The position numbers and the translations under genes are program-made. Positions 29,410 through 40,485 of a stretch of 64,000 nucleotides of DNA are shown here, one piece after another. The number at the start of each line of letters is the position of its first letter. Position 1 is the stretch's first letter. The DNA comes from an uncultured delta proteobacterium. Its GTDB lineage: Bacteria > Desulfobacterota > RBG-13-43-22. The notes below the pieces were generated by a model. The model had not been told where the DNA came from. It was given only the letters and a program-made list of their open reading frames with translations, and ran no database searches. The stretch lies in contig CAWDKY010000017.1 of assembly GCA_963802945.1 (NCBI GenBank), positions 352,001 to 416,000 of the forward strand. Direction: 5' to 3'.

Positions 29410-29912
29410 TTACTTTTTATCCACCAGGCGAAACAAGGCCTGTCCCTCGTTCCCCAATGCGTCCCTTAATTGAATCACGGTCTTTTGCAGAACCGGGTGG
29501 CGATAATCCGGGGCGATCTCCGCCATGGGTTCCAGAACAAACCTTCTCTTTTCCAGAAAAGGATGGGGAAGGGTTAAATCAGGGCTGTTCAGGACAAGCT
29601 GGTCGTAGAACAATAGATCCAGGTCAATGACCCGTGGGCCCCATTTGACGGTTCGTTCTCTGCCCATGGCGGTTTCTATCTCCAATATTTTCTGTAGCAG
29701 TATTTCTGGGAAAAGGGAGGTTTCCAAAAGGATAACCCCGTTGATAAACCATTCCGCCTCCTCTATACCCACCGGCTCGGTGAAGTACCAGGAAGATACC
29801 CGGATGATCCCCTGGCCTGGAATCGCTTGAAGCCTGGAAAGGGCGTTCAAACAATTTTTTTTTTATCTCCCCGATTGGAGCCCAATCCAATAAAGGCCTG
29901 ATGTCCGGCCAT
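29410..29912 (-). CDS. folK: 2-amino-4-hydroxy-6-hydroxymethyldihydropteridine diphosphokinase (frameshift in A10 run, 29855-29864)
   Basis: AFIGLGSNRGD then WGPRVIDLDLL, LPHP..RRFVL; TAATG coupling to dapL. Confidence 0.9.
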
Positions 29913-31081
29913 TAAAACCCTGCCTTGCTCAAGCGCACAACGGCTTCCTTAAGTCGCTCTTCAGGGACGGTTAGGGAGATCCGGAAATATCCTTCACCGG
30001 GGTCTCCAAAACCGTTTCCCGGCGTGGTGACAAGGCCGGTTTGCTCTAAAAGATGGAGGGTGGTTTGTGTTGAAGTATATCCTTTGGGGCATTCAATCCA
30101 GAGATAAAAACTGGCCTTAGGGACTTCGACCCCCAGGCCGATTTTTTTTAAACCGGCCACCATCAGGTCTCTCCGTTTTTGATAGACGGCATTTAACTCG
30201 GTCAGACAATCCTGAGGTCCTTCCAGGGCCTCTATGCCGGCCCATTGAATGGCCTGGGCCGCACCCGAATCAATATTACTTTTAATTTGACTCAAACCGG
30301 CGATTAAACGGGTATGGCCTACTGCAAAACCGATACGCCAGCCGGTCATGTTATAGGTCTTGGACAGGGAATGGAATTCGATTCCCACTTCTTTGGCCCC
30401 GGGAATCTCCATAAAACTCAAGGGCCGATAACCGTCATAGGCGATCTCGGAATAGGCCGCATCGTGGGCAACGATCACCTGGTTTTCTTGGGCGAAGCGG
30501 ACCACCTGTTCAAAAAATGCCCGGTCAGCCACGGCCGCAGTAGGATTGTTGGGGTAATTGAGAAACAGGATTTTTGCCCGGCCAGCCACTTCCTTGGGGA
30601 TTTTCGATAGGTCCGGTAAGAACCGGTTTTCTTTTAAGAGCGGCAGAAAATAAGATTGTCCGCCGGCAAACAAGGTTCCGATATGATAAACCGGGTATCC
30701 GGGGCTGGTGATCAGGGACAAATCCCCTGGATTCAAAAAGGCCAAGGGGAAATGGGCGATCCCTTCTTTGGAGCCGATCAAAGTGACCACTTCCTTTTCC
30801 GGGTCCAGGGTCACTCCAAAACGGCGCTGATACCAGGAGGCCACGACCTTAAGAAATTCATTCATGCCGGAGTATGAGGGATAGCGGTGATTCTTGGGGT
30901 CCAGGGTGGCCTGGTTCATTCGATTGAGAATATGAGCCGGGGTTGGCAGGTCCGGATCGCCCACCCCCAGGTCGATGATATCCACTCCCTTGGACTGCAC
31001 CTCGACCTTGAGGCGGTCGATCTCCTTAAAGAGATAAGGAGGGAGTTGTTCGAGACGATCTGACGGTTGAATCCAATCCAT
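29912..31081 (-). CDS. dapL: LL-diaminopimelate aminotransferase
   Basis: LPPYLF, LGVGDPD, NYPNNPT, FHSLSKTYNMTGWRIG; lies in the dap cluster. Confidence 0.88.
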   Translation of the reverse strand: MDWIQPSDRLEQLPPYLFKEIDRLKVEVQSKGVDIIDLGVGDPDLPTPAHILNRMNQATLDPKNHRYPSYSGMNEFLKVVASWYQRRFGVTLDPEKEVVTLIGSKEGIAHFPLAFLNPGDLSLITSPGYPVYHIGTLFAGGQSYFLPLLKENRFLPDLSKIPKEVAGRAKILFLNYPNNPTAAVADRAFFEQVVRFAQENQVIVAHDAAYSEIAYDGYRPLSFMEIPGAKEVGIEFHSLSKTYNMTGWRIGFAVGHTRLIAGLSQIKSNIDSGAAQAIQWAGIEALEGPQDCLTELNAVYQKRRDLMVAGLKKIGLGVEVPKASFYLWIECPKGYTSTQTTLHLLEQTGLVTTPGNGFGDPGEGYFRISLTVPEERLKEAVVRLSKAGF

Positions 31082-31236
31082 AAAAAAACTCCTTTTTTCA
31101 ACTTCTTTATTTATTGCAGGATGCCTGATACTCGATACAAGAGGCACGATTCAAGATGAAAGATGAAAATTCGACAATCAAAAAACCGGTGTCCCGTTTT
31201 TCGTATTATGGATCCTGAATCCTGTATCAGGTATCT

Positions 31237-32043
31237 TTAGCTCTTAAATCCCAGCACATCATGCATATCGTACAGCCCGTTCTTTTGATTGATGATCCAG
31301 CGGGCCGCACGGAGGGCCCCCCGGACGAAGGTATCGCGGCTATGGGCCCGGTGGGTGATCTCGATCCGCTCCCCCATACCGCCGAAAAGGATGGTATGCT
31401 CGCCGATAATATCCCCGGCCCTGAAGGTTTGGATACCGATTTCTTCAGGCTTCCGTTCCCCGATAATACCTTTCCGCTCATAAACCGCCACTTTCTCCAA
31501 ATCCTGAGAACGGGCCTGGGCTAGGATCTGGGCCAGCTTCATCGCCGTGCCGCTGGGGGCATCTTTTTTCATCTTATGATGAACCTCAAGAATCTCAATG
31601 TCAAAGCCTTCTCCCAGGGCCTTGGCCACATCTCCCACCATCTTAAACAGGACATTCACCCCGACGCTCATGCTGGGGGCCAGTACGCAGGGGACGGATT
31701 GACATAAGGTCTTTACCTCTTCCATCTCTTCACCCGTGAAACCCGTACTGCCGATGACAATCGGTTTCTTCCTCCCGGCCGCTATATGTAAATGTTCCAT
31801 CGAAGCCGTATGAAAGGTGAAGTCAATAATAACCTCCCCCTCGTCGATCACCTGCTGAAGATCAGAGGCGATGCTCAGACCCATTTTCCCCAATCCCAAA
31901 GATTCTCCAAGATCTTTGTTGACCAAGGGATGATCGGCTTTTTCAAAGGCACCGACTACGGTCATATCTTGAGTTTCATTGATCAGTTGGACGATCCTGC
32001 CGCCCATCCGGCCGCCGGCTCCGGCGATAATGGTTTTTATCAT
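31237..32043 (-). CDS. dapB: 4-hydroxy-tetrahydrodipicolinate reductase
   Basis: GAGGRMG; EVHHKMKKDAPSGTA. Confidence 0.96.
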   Translation of the reverse strand: MIKTIIAGAGGRMGGRIVQLINETQDMTVVGAFEKADHPLVNKDLGESLGLGKMGLSIASDLQQVIDEGEVIIDFTFHTASMEHLHIAAGRKKPIVIGSTGFTGEEMEEVKTLCQSVPCVLAPSMSVGVNVLFKMVGDVAKALGEGFDIEILEVHHKMKKDAPSGTAMKLAQILAQARSQDLEKVAVYERKGIIGERKPEEIGIQTFRAGDIIGEHTILFGGMGERIEITHRAHSRDTFVRGALRAARWIINQKNGLYDMHDVLGFKS

Positions 32044-32110
32044 ATTAGTCTCCCTGAGTAATCACTCCAATAGGTTTATAAATTATCCATTCCCTAAGAA
32101 AAACTTTTAA

Positions 32111-32950
32111 TTAATCTTCTACTGCTTCCTGATACACTTCCCCTTCAAAGATCAAACGGACTTCTCCTTCCAAATAAACCTTTTTAATACTTGTTCCGGG
32201 TTTTCCTTCCACATAAACGGTTAAAACCTCTCCCCCTCGCGTTTGTATTTTCACCGGGGAGCGGCATTTGTTCTTAAAAAAGGCGATACTGGCTGCGGCC
32301 ACTGATCCTGTACCGCAGGCTAGGGTTTCCCCTTCCACACCCCTTTCATAGGTCCGCACAAAAAGCATTCCAGGATCTTTTATTTGGACAAAATTGACAT
32401 TGGTCCCGGCAGGTCTAAAATACTCATGAAAACGAATCCGGTGCCCTAACTTTACTACATCAACAGCCTCAATGTTTTCCACCCAGACCAGAGCATGTGG
32501 AACACCTGTATTAATGAAATCCAGGGTAACCCGTTTCTTCGCAACTGAAATGGTCTGATCCAGTTTAATCCCTTCAGGCCGGGTTAACTGGAGTTTTATT
32601 TTTGATCCTTCCACCCAGGCTTGGATAGGACCGGCCAGGGTTTCAAAGGTCATCTCCGGCCCGGCAATGCCTTGAAGAAAGGCAAAGCGGGCCGTACACC
32701 TACCCCCATTGCCGCACATCTCAGCTTCACTTCCATCGGCATTAAAAAAGCGCCATTTAAAATCGTAGCGATCCGAAGGTTCAATAAAAATCATTCCGTC
32801 GGCCCCGACCGAAACCATCCTTCTGCAAAGGGCCCGGGTCAAGGATACCATTCTGTTTTCGGGAACGACTTTTAAGCGGTTATCCACCAGAATGAAATCA
32901 TTTCCTGATCCACTAATCTTGGCAATTTTAAGAAAAGGTTTCGCAGTCAT
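32111..32950 (-). CDS. dapF: Diaminopimelate epimerase
   Basis: GNDF, EMCGNGGRC, ERGVEGETLACGTG. Confidence 0.96.
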   Translation of the reverse strand: MTAKPFLKIAKISGSGNDFILVDNRLKVVPENRMVSLTRALCRRMVSVGADGMIFIEPSDRYDFKWRFFNADGSEAEMCGNGGRCTARFAFLQGIAGPEMTFETLAGPIQAWVEGSKIKLQLTRPEGIKLDQTISVAKKRVTLDFINTGVPHALVWVENIEAVDVVKLGHRIRFHEYFRPAGTNVNFVQIKDPGMLFVRTYERGVEGETLACGTGSVAAASIAFFKNKCRSPVKIQTRGGEVLTVYVEGKPGTSIKKVYLEGEVRLIFEGEVYQEAVED

Positions 32951-34207
32951 TTAAAATTGTGGAATCTTCTCCAAAGCCGTCATTTGGGCATAGGTTTCCC
33001 GTTTGCGGACAACTCGAAACTGATCCCCTTGGACCATGATCTCGGCTGGTTTGGGCCTGGCATTATAGTTGCTGGCCATAGAAAAACTGTAAGCCCCGGC
33101 GCTCATGACGGCCAGAAGCTCTCCGGATTTGGGAAGGGGCAAAATGCGGTCCCGAGCTAAAAAATCACTGCTTTCACAGATCGGTCCGACCACATCAGCC
33201 TGGATCTTGGTCCGATTCTTTCGGATTACCGGCTGGATGTGGTGATAAGAACCGTATAAGGCCGGACGAAGCAAATCATTCATGCCGGCATCGACAATAA
33301 TAAAATTTTTTTCCTCCCCCTTTTTCACATAGAGAACCTTGGTCACCAGGATACCGGCATTGCCGACAATGGCCCTGCCTGGTTCCAGAATAAGGGTGTA
33401 GGGCGTTTGGCCTAATTCATGGAGAACGGCCCGGGCATAGTCTTTTGGATGAGGAGGCTCCTCCTGGTCATAAGTGATACCCAAGCCTCCTCCTAAGTCG
33501 ACATATTGAATCTCGATTTCCATTTTTTTCAATTGGGCCATCAGCTTTTTTAATTTCCGGATGGCTGCCAAAAAAGGATGAGTGGCCAACAATTGGGAGC
33601 CTAAATGGAAATCAACCCCGGCAATATGGATATGCGGCAAATTTTTAGCCAGCTGATATTCTTCCAGCGACTGATGAATATTGATCCCGAACTTGTTTTT
33701 TTTGAGTCCGGTGGAAATATAGGGATGGGTTTTGGGATCGATATCAGGATTGACCCGGATGCCGATGGAAGCTTTCCGCTTCGTTCGGCCGGCGATTTCA
33801 TTGACTAATTTCAATTCCTCAGGAGATTCAATGTTCAAGAGCAGAATTTTTTCTTTTAAGGCATAGCGGATCTCTTCCGAAGATTTACCCACGCCGGAAT
33901 AAACAATCCGTTCCGGAGGAATGCCGGCTTTCAAGGCCCGGTAGAGTTCTCCACCGGAGACGATATCGGTCCCGCCTCCCAACCGGCCAAAAAGGTTCAA
34001 TAGGGCCAGATTGGAATTGGCTTTCTGAGAATAGCAGACCAGATGAGGCGTTTTGGAAAAAGCCTGATCGAAAGCCTTAAAATGACGTTCTAAGGTAGCT
34101 TGACTGTAAATGTAACAAGGGGTACCCGCCTGGTTGGCGATCTTTTGAATAGGCACAGATTCGGCAAAGAGCCTGTTTCGTTTGTATTGAAAATGGTGCA
34201 TAAACAT
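32951..34207 (-). CDS. lysA: Diaminopimelate decarboxylase
   Basis: KANSN, SGVGK, HLGSQ, LGGG, EPGR, GPICESSD. Confidence 0.96.
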   Translation of the reverse strand: MFMHHFQYKRNRLFAESVPIQKIANQAGTPCYIYSQATLERHFKAFDQAFSKTPHLVCYSQKANSNLALLNLFGRLGGGTDIVSGGELYRALKAGIPPERIVYSGVGKSSEEIRYALKEKILLLNIESPEELKLVNEIAGRTKRKASIGIRVNPDIDPKTHPYISTGLKKNKFGINIHQSLEEYQLAKNLPHIHIAGVDFHLGSQLLATHPFLAAIRKLKKLMAQLKKMEIEIQYVDLGGGLGITYDQEEPPHPKDYARAVLHELGQTPYTLILEPGRAIVGNAGILVTKVLYVKKGEEKNFIIVDAGMNDLLRPALYGSYHHIQPVIRKNRTKIQADVVGPICESSDFLARDRILPLPKSGELLAVMSAGAYSFSMASNYNARPKPAEIMVQGDQFRVVRKRETYAQMTALEKIPQF

Positions 34208-34278
34208 AAATCCCTATTTTAATTAGTAGTCAGAATTCAGATTTCTAACTTCTATCTTCTGACTCCTGAATTCTGGCT

Positions 34279-35364
34279 TCAGGGGTTAAAGGTTATTTCA
34301 ACTTCTTTAGACCTTGAACCTTCCAAAAGGGCTGGCGGGCTTCCCACCGCACTGACCGAATACAAATAAGTTGCTCCCGGTTTTACTTGTTGGTCTTCAA
34401 AGGTCGTATCTTTAACCGTCTCTGGGGTAATTCTTGTGGGTGTTTTTTCATTCTTCATTCTTTTGTAAATATGGTATCCGCTGGGGATCAGGGAATCAAT
34501 TCCCTTCCAGCGAAGCTCCACCCCGTTGGGCATTAAAAAAGCTATCAAATCCTCAACAGGCGGGGGAGGGGCGATGCGTGAATAAACGATCCCCTTTTCT
34601 TCCGATCCCTCACTTTCCAGGAGATTTCCATAGACCTTACGCAGGGCTTTGACGCGATATTCATAGGAGACTCCTTCCTGGAGTTCGGAATCGAGATAGG
34701 CCGTCTTTTCTATCGGCTGAGGGTTGACCTTATTCCAGGGCCCCTTCTCCATCTTCCGTTCAAGGGTATAGCCTGCCAGACCTTCCGGGGGGCTGCCGTC
34801 CAATAACGATGAAGAGGGGAGCCATGAGATCAGAAGCCCCTGCTGATCGGGTTTCACTTGAAGTTCTGAAGGCGGCTTAAGGGGAAGATCCCAGGCCAGG
34901 CGCAGGGTTTTTGAAGGTTTACTGGCTGCCTCCTTTTTCGTAACGGCCGTCACTTGAAAATAATAGGTATTGCCTGGCTTGAGCTTTTCAAGGGTCAGTT
35001 GAACCTGATCCGTTTCAATTCTGATATCCGGCAGTTCAGGGCCTTTCAAGTCAATCCAACGGGTCTCCTGAAATTGTTCCGGACAAGTGGGACAAAAATC
35101 CTTGGTCGGCCATTCTCCTTTAAGAAACTTAAATCCTTTCAGATCCTTTAAAGGACTGTTGTCGGTATTTTCCTTAGGGATGGGCCAGGTGATGATCAGG
35201 GATTTCCCCTTGACCTGATAACTGAGGGGATCAACCCCGTTGGGGGTCACCTTTACCGGAACGACCGGATTGGCCTTTAGCCCGCAGGCCGTCAGGGCAA
35301 AAAACAAACAAACCCAAATGACTGCGGTCAGCTTTTGCTTCAGAGGTAAATTTATAAGGAACAT
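34279..35364 (-). CDS. Lipoprotein with an LptM/YifL-like N-terminus and fibronectin type III domains
   Basis: Lipobox LTAC-GLKANP; FN3 motifs LKPGNTYYFQV, YEYRVKA, YLYSVSAV; CPTCP. Confidence 0.75.
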   Translation of the reverse strand: MFLINLPLKQKLTAVIWVCLFFALTACGLKANPVVPVKVTPNGVDPLSYQVKGKSLIITWPIPKENTDNSPLKDLKGFKFLKGEWPTKDFCPTCPEQFQETRWIDLKGPELPDIRIETDQVQLTLEKLKPGNTYYFQVTAVTKKEAASKPSKTLRLAWDLPLKPPSELQVKPDQQGLLISWLPSSSLLDGSPPEGLAGYTLERKMEKGPWNKVNPQPIEKTAYLDSELQEGVSYEYRVKALRKVYGNLLESEGSEEKGIVYSRIAPPPPVEDLIAFLMPNGVELRWKGIDSLIPSGYHIYKRMKNEKTPTRITPETVKDTTFEDQQVKPGATYLYSVSAVGSPPALLEGSRSKEVEITFNP

Positions 35365-36767
35365 ATTTTTTTCTCCATTTCCCTCAGGGCCTTTTTGACC
35401 TGTCTGGGGGATGTTCCTCCCTGCGAATCCCGTTGGGACATGGCTGAACGAAGATCCAGCACGGTTTTGACATCCTGATCAAAAATGGGATGAAAGGTTT
35501 TAAAGACCGGGAACGGGATGTCTTTTAACTCCAACCCCTTTTTTTGGGCATAAGCCACGAGGGTGCCCACGATGTGATGTGCGCTCCTGAAATCCAACCC
35601 TTTTTTTACCAGATAATCGGCTAGGTCCGTGGCCAGAAGATACCCTGTCTCGGCGGCTTTCTGCATCGAATCGGCTTTGAAACGGATATTCGACCAGAGA
35701 CCGCATAGGACCCGCGTGCTGTTCAATAAGGTTTCCGCCGAATCAAAGACTGGCTCTTTATCCTCTTGCAAATCCCGATTATAGGTCATCGGCAGACCCT
35801 TCATGATCGTAAACATCCCCATCAGATGGCCGTAAACCCGACCGGTTTTCCCTCGAATCAGTTCCGGGACATCAGGATTTTTTTTCTGAGGCATGATGCT
35901 GCTGCCGGTGCAAAAGGCATCACTGATCTCTACAAAATCAAATTCAGAACCGGACCAAAGGATCAATTCTTCAGACATTCGGGAATAGTGCATCATCAAA
36001 ATCGCCCCGGCAGACAGGAATTCGATAACGAAATCCCGGTCGCTGACCGCATCCATGCTGTTGGAGGAAATTTGATCAAAACCCAGTTCCTGCGCCACCC
36101 ACCTGCGGTCAAGGGGAAAGGAAGTGCCGGCCAGGGCCGCACTGCCCAGGGGGAGGACATTGACTCGTCTCAAGACTTCGCTCAGACGTTCTTGATCCCG
36201 GCAAAACATCTCCAGATAAGCCAGCAGATGATGGCCGAGGATTACCGGTTGGGCCCGCTGTAAATGGGTGTAACCGGGCAGAATCAGATGGCCTTGATTT
36301 TTGGCCCTGGTCCAAGCAATACCTTTTGCAGGGATTGGAGTTCCTGTTTTAAAACTTGTATCCGGTTTCGCAGATAGAGTCTTAAATCCAGGGCCACCTG
36401 GTCATTGCGGCTTCGGGCAATATGGAGTTTGCCGCCTGTCGGGCCCGATCTTTTGAATCAGTCGTTTTTCAACAAACATGTGGACGTCTTCGTCTTCTAT
36501 GGGGAAAGTCAGCTTGCCTTGTTCCCATTCCTGATAGATTTCCAGAAGACCGGTGCGAATTTTTTTGGCTTCTTTGATGGAGAGGATCCCTTGCCGAGTC
36601 AGCATTTTCAAATGGGCCATACTGCCGATCAGATCATAAGGCAGCAGACGATAATCAAAGGGCAAGGAAGCGGTAAAAACTTCGACCAGCGGATCGACGG
36701 CCTCGGAAAAGCGGCCGGCCCAGGGTTTATCTGCTTTTTTCTTTTTTCCTGCCTGGGGAGGTTTCAT
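35352..36767 (-). CDS. argH: Argininosuccinate lyase (several frameshifts, ~36290-36445)
   Basis: WAGRF; EDVH; RSRNDQ; LPGYTHLQ; [13 protein letters not shown]. Confidence 0.93.
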
Positions 36768-36858
36768 ATTAAATCCTAATGTTTTTTTGAGTGCCTTACT
36801 CTTTTTCCTTCAATTTTCTGCTTCAGGATTCCGACTCCTGGATTCTAAATTCTCTAAG

Positions 36859-38049
36859 TTATGCCTTTGTTAACAGCTTTCTAATTTTCAGCCTCAATCC
36901 ATTGAGCCGGATAAAACCCTCGGCATCTTTTTGGTGATAGACCTGATCTTCTTCAAAGGTGGCAAAGTCCATCCGGTACAGGGATTGTCCCGATTTCCTC
37001 CCGGCCACCATGGCGTTTCCTTTATAGAGCTTTAACCGGGCAGTTCCTGAAACCCTGGCCTGGGCTTCATCCATCAATTTTTGAAGGAGCTCGCGCTCCG
37101 GAGAAAACCAATATCCATAATAGACCATCTCCGCATATCGTGGGATTAGGGAATCCCGGATGTGCATGACCTCCCGATCCAGGGTCAGAGATTCAATGGC
37201 TTGATGAGCGGTGCGGATCAAGGTCCCTCCGGGGGTTTCATAAACTCCGCGGGATTTCATGCCCACATAACGGTTTTCCACCAAGTCCACCCGCCCTATC
37301 CCGTGTTTTCCGCCTAGGCGGTTAAGGAAAGACAACAATTCGGCCGGCTTCATGACTTGGCCATTGACGGCCGTGGGATTCCCTTGTTCAAAGGTGATCT
37401 CTACGTATTCCGGGCGATCCGGGGCTTTCTCCGGCGACTGGGTCATCTGAAAAATGGCTTCCGGTGGTTCTATCCAGGGATCCTCAAGTATTCCCCCCTC
37501 AAAACTGATATGCAGCAGATTGGCATCGGAACTATACGGCCTCTCCGGGGTGATCGGTATCGGTATCCCGTGCTTTTGGGCATAAGCGATCAGGGCCGAA
37601 CGGGAGTCCAAGTCCCATTCCCTCCAGGGGGCGATGATTTTAAGACTGGGATTAAGGGCCATGCAGGTCAATTCAAAACGAACCTGGTCATTCCCCTTAC
37701 CGGTAGCCCCATGACTGACCGCTTCGGCCCCTTCGGCCTCGGCCACCATCACCTGGTGCTTAGCGATGATCGGCCGGGCCAAGGATGTGCCCAGGAGATA
37801 AAATTGCTCATAGATGGCATTGGCCCGGAAGGCCGGAAAGCAATACTGACTGACAAATTCTTCCTTCAAATCCCTGGACACAAACTTGGTTGCTCCGGTC
37901 TTTAGGGCCTTTTTTTCTATGGCCCCCCAGTCCTCTTCCTGGCCCAGGTCGGCCGAAAAGGCGATGACTTCCGCCTGATAGGTTTCTTGAAGCCATTTTA
38001 ATATGACCGAGGTATCCAAACCCCCAGAGTAAGCAAGGACGATTTTCAT
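36859..38049 (-). CDS. argG: Argininosuccinate synthase
   Basis: AYSGGLDTS; [13 protein letters not shown]; SRGVYETPG. Confidence 0.97.
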   Translation of the reverse strand: MKIVLAYSGGLDTSVILKWLQETYQAEVIAFSADLGQEEDWGAIEKKALKTGATKFVSRDLKEEFVSQYCFPAFRANAIYEQFYLLGTSLARPIIAKHQVMVAEAEGAEAVSHGATGKGNDQVRFELTCMALNPSLKIIAPWREWDLDSRSALIAYAQKHGIPIPITPERPYSSDANLLHISFEGGILEDPWIEPPEAIFQMTQSPEKAPDRPEYVEITFEQGNPTAVNGQVMKPAELLSFLNRLGGKHGIGRVDLVENRYVGMKSRGVYETPGGTLIRTAHQAIESLTLDREVMHIRDSLIPRYAEMVYYGYWFSPERELLQKLMDEAQARVSGTARLKLYKGNAMVAGRKSGQSLYRMDFATFEEDQVYHQKDAEGFIRLNGLRLKIRKLLTKA

Positions 38050-38202
38050 TATTTCTTTCCCCCCATTAACGCCTTGAAGGGTTCAGGACTTTGGTAACCC
38101 CAGTTAAGAGTTCGGTGTTCAAAGTAATGAGATTTTACTTCGAACTAACTACTCCAAACCAATAACTATCTCTTCCTGAATCTTCTCCCGTATATTATTT
38201 TC

Positions 38203-39120
38203 TTAACTACTACTATTTGATAATAGATACTCCAGCAATGCTTTATGCACATGGAGCTTATTTTCCGCCTGGTCGAAGACCGCAGAATTGGGGCCTTCCA
38301 GGACTTCTTCGGTAATCTCCTCTCCCCTATGAGCCGGCAAGCAGTGCAGGACCAGGCAGTCGGGCCTGGCGAAGGATAGAAGGGTTTTATTGAGCTGGAA
38401 GCCCTTGAACAATTTTATTCGTTCGGCGGCCTGATCTTCCTGACCCATACTGGTCCAGACATCGGTATTGATTACCTGGGCGTTTCGAACAGCCTCGACT
38501 GGATCATCGGTTAAGCTGATTCTCTCTCCGGCTTCTTTCTTGGCCCGATACCAGATTTCTTTATTGGGTTCAAATCCCTTGGGACAGGCCAGCACCAACT
38601 GAAATGGAAACAGACAGGCCGCTTCAATCCAGGAATGAGCGACGTTATTGCCATCTCCCAGCCAGGCGACCTTCATTCCCTGGAAATTGTTTTCTCGCTC
38701 CCAAATCGTATACAAGTCACTCAATATCTGGGCCGGATGATAAAGATCGCTTAAGGCATTAATAACCGGGATAGCGGCAAATCGGGCCAGTTCGTCAAGG
38801 GTATTCTGAGAAAAAGTGCGAACCACCAGGCCGTCTAAATACCGGGATAAGACCCGGGCCGTATCTTTCAAGGGTTCGTTGCGGGCCATCTGGGTATCCT
38901 GACTGCTGATAAAGACCGCCTGTCCTCCGGTCTGAATAATAGCTACTTCAAAGGAAATCCGCGTTCGGGTGGATGGTTTTTCAAAAAGGAGGCCAACGGT
39001 TTTTCCTTGCAAAGGACTTTCTTCTACTTGTCCTTCTTTATAGGCCTCGGTTCTCTCCCAGATGGCCTTTATCTCATTGGCGTTCAGATCCAATAACTTC
39101 AGGAAATCACGTTTACTCAT
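38203..39120 (-). CDS. argF: Ornithine carbamoyltransferase
   Basis: KPSTRTR; DVWTSMG; HCLPAHRGEE. Confidence 0.96.
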   Translation of the reverse strand: MSKRDFLKLLDLNANEIKAIWERTEAYKEGQVEESPLQGKTVGLLFEKPSTRTRISFEVAIIQTGGQAVFISSQDTQMARNEPLKDTARVLSRYLDGLVVRTFSQNTLDELARFAAIPVINALSDLYHPAQILSDLYTIWERENNFQGMKVAWLGDGNNVAHSWIEAACLFPFQLVLACPKGFEPNKEIWYRAKKEAGERISLTDDPVEAVRNAQVINTDVWTSMGQEDQAAERIKLFKGFQLNKTLLSFARPDCLVLHCLPAHRGEEITEEVLEGPNSAVFDQAENKLHVHKALLEYLLSNSSS

Positions 39121-39136
39121 TTTGGATGACCCCCCA

Positions 39137-40345
39137 TCATTTCATCTCTTGAAAAATATCACGCAGTGTTTGAATCAAGGCATCGATTTCATTTTTCTTG
39201 ACGATCAAGGGAGGGACAAAACGAAGGATGGTATCCTGTGTGCAGTTGATTAAAAATCCTTTCTGAAAACAGGCATCCACTATGGGCTTGCCGGGCCTAT
39301 CCAGGGCCATACCCAAAAGCAAACCCAGGCCCCGGACATCAAGTATTTGAGGGAATTCATCCTTCAATCGGAGCAGTTGGCCCTTGAAGTACTCGCCGAT
39401 CTTTTTCACCCGGGGAAGAAATCCCTCTTCCAGGAGGATCGAAAGAACAACCCGGGCTGCGGCCGTAACCAGGGGATTGCCCCCGAAAGTGGCGGCATGC
39501 GTTCCCGGCTGGAAAACGGCGGCTACCTCATCCGTGGCCAGCAAGGCCCCGATCGGCAAGCCGTTCCCCAGGGCTTTGGCCAAGGTCATGATATCCGGTT
39601 GGGTCCCAAACTGTTTATGGCAGAACAGGGTGCCTGTGCGGCCCAGACCGGTTTGGACCTCGTCCAGGATCAGCAAGGCCTGACGCTCCCGGCAGAGTTT
39701 TTTAACGGCTTTAAGAAATCCCTTGTCCGGAACTTTTATCCCCCCTTCCCCTTGAATAGGCTCCATCATTACGGCACAGACCGAATCATTCCAAGTTTGG
39801 TCCAAGGCGGGAAGGTCATCAAAAGGGACAAAGGAAAAACCAGGCAGCAGCGGCCCGAACCCCTTTTGAAACTTTTCCTGGCCAGTGGCCGAGAGGGAAC
39901 CCAGGGTCCGGCCATGAAAGCTGTTTTTCATGCAGATAATCGTTGTCTTTTGCGGCCCGAATTTTTCCGTGGAATAGCGGCGGGCCAGCTTGATCGCCCC
40001 TTCATTAGCCTCTGTGCCGCTGTTGCAGAAAAAGGCCTTGTCGGCAAAAGAATGTTTGACCAACAGCTCGGCCAGGTCGATCTGGTTTTCAATGTGATAA
40101 AGGTTTGAGGTGTGCAGCAGCTTTCCCGCCTGGGCTTTGATGGCCTTAGTCACCCGTGGGTGGCTGTGACCTAAGGCCGTTACCGCGATACCAGCTAAAA
40201 AATCCAGATAAACACGCCCGTCTTGATCCCAGATCCGGCATCCCTGCCCTTTTTCAAAGGCCACTGGGATCCGTCCATAGGTGGGCATTAAAACTTTGTC
40301 GGCGCGTTCGACAATTTGATTGATTGATTCAATTTGGTTTCCCAT
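39137..40345 (-). CDS. argD: Acetylornithine aminotransferase
   Basis: NSGTEANE; FHGRT; DEVQTG; LAKALG. Confidence 0.94.
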   Translation of the reverse strand: MGNQIESINQIVERADKVLMPTYGRIPVAFEKGQGCRIWDQDGRVYLDFLAGIAVTALGHSHPRVTKAIKAQAGKLLHTSNLYHIENQIDLAELLVKHSFADKAFFCNSGTEANEGAIKLARRYSTEKFGPQKTTIICMKNSFHGRTLGSLSATGQEKFQKGFGPLLPGFSFVPFDDLPALDQTWNDSVCAVMMEPIQGEGGIKVPDKGFLKAVKKLCRERQALLILDEVQTGLGRTGTLFCHKQFGTQPDIMTLAKALGNGLPIGALLATDEVAAVFQPGTHAATFGGNPLVTAAARVVLSILLEEGFLPRVKKIGEYFKGQLLRLKDEFPQILDVRGLGLLLGMALDRPGKPIVDACFQKGFLINCTQDTILRFVPPLIVKKNEIDALIQTLRDIFQEMK

Positions 40346-40364
40346 CGATAAACCCTTTTTTTCG

Positions 40365-40481
40365 GTCCAAGGTTCAAGGTTAAAAAAAGAGTAGGGGATG
40401 TCAGATTTCTTTAATCAATGATATCGTGTGTTGAACCCTGTACCCTATACCTTATACCCTGTACCTTGTACCTTGAACCGT
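40365..40481. repeat. Heptamer-periodic inverted-repeat element (clearest example of about 15)
   Basis: Left GTCCAAG-GTTCAAG-G; right GTTGAAC-CCTGTAC-CCTATAC-CTTATAC-CCTGTAC-CTTGTAC-CTTGAAC. Confidence 0.85.
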
Positions 40482-40485
40482 TATC

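Noticed and set aside
29855-29864. Phase variation of folK through the A10 run
   Set aside because: A housekeeping gene in a window full of indel errors; a homopolymer miscall is simpler.
39347-40108. Long antisense ORFs (also 40846-41451, 51699-52403, 37357-37905)
   Set aside because: Shadows of well-supported genes on the other strand, with no recognisable motifs.
40430-40481. CRISPR array
   Set aside because: The units are contiguous 7-mers without spacers; no repeat-spacer array or cas gene was seen anywhere in the window.
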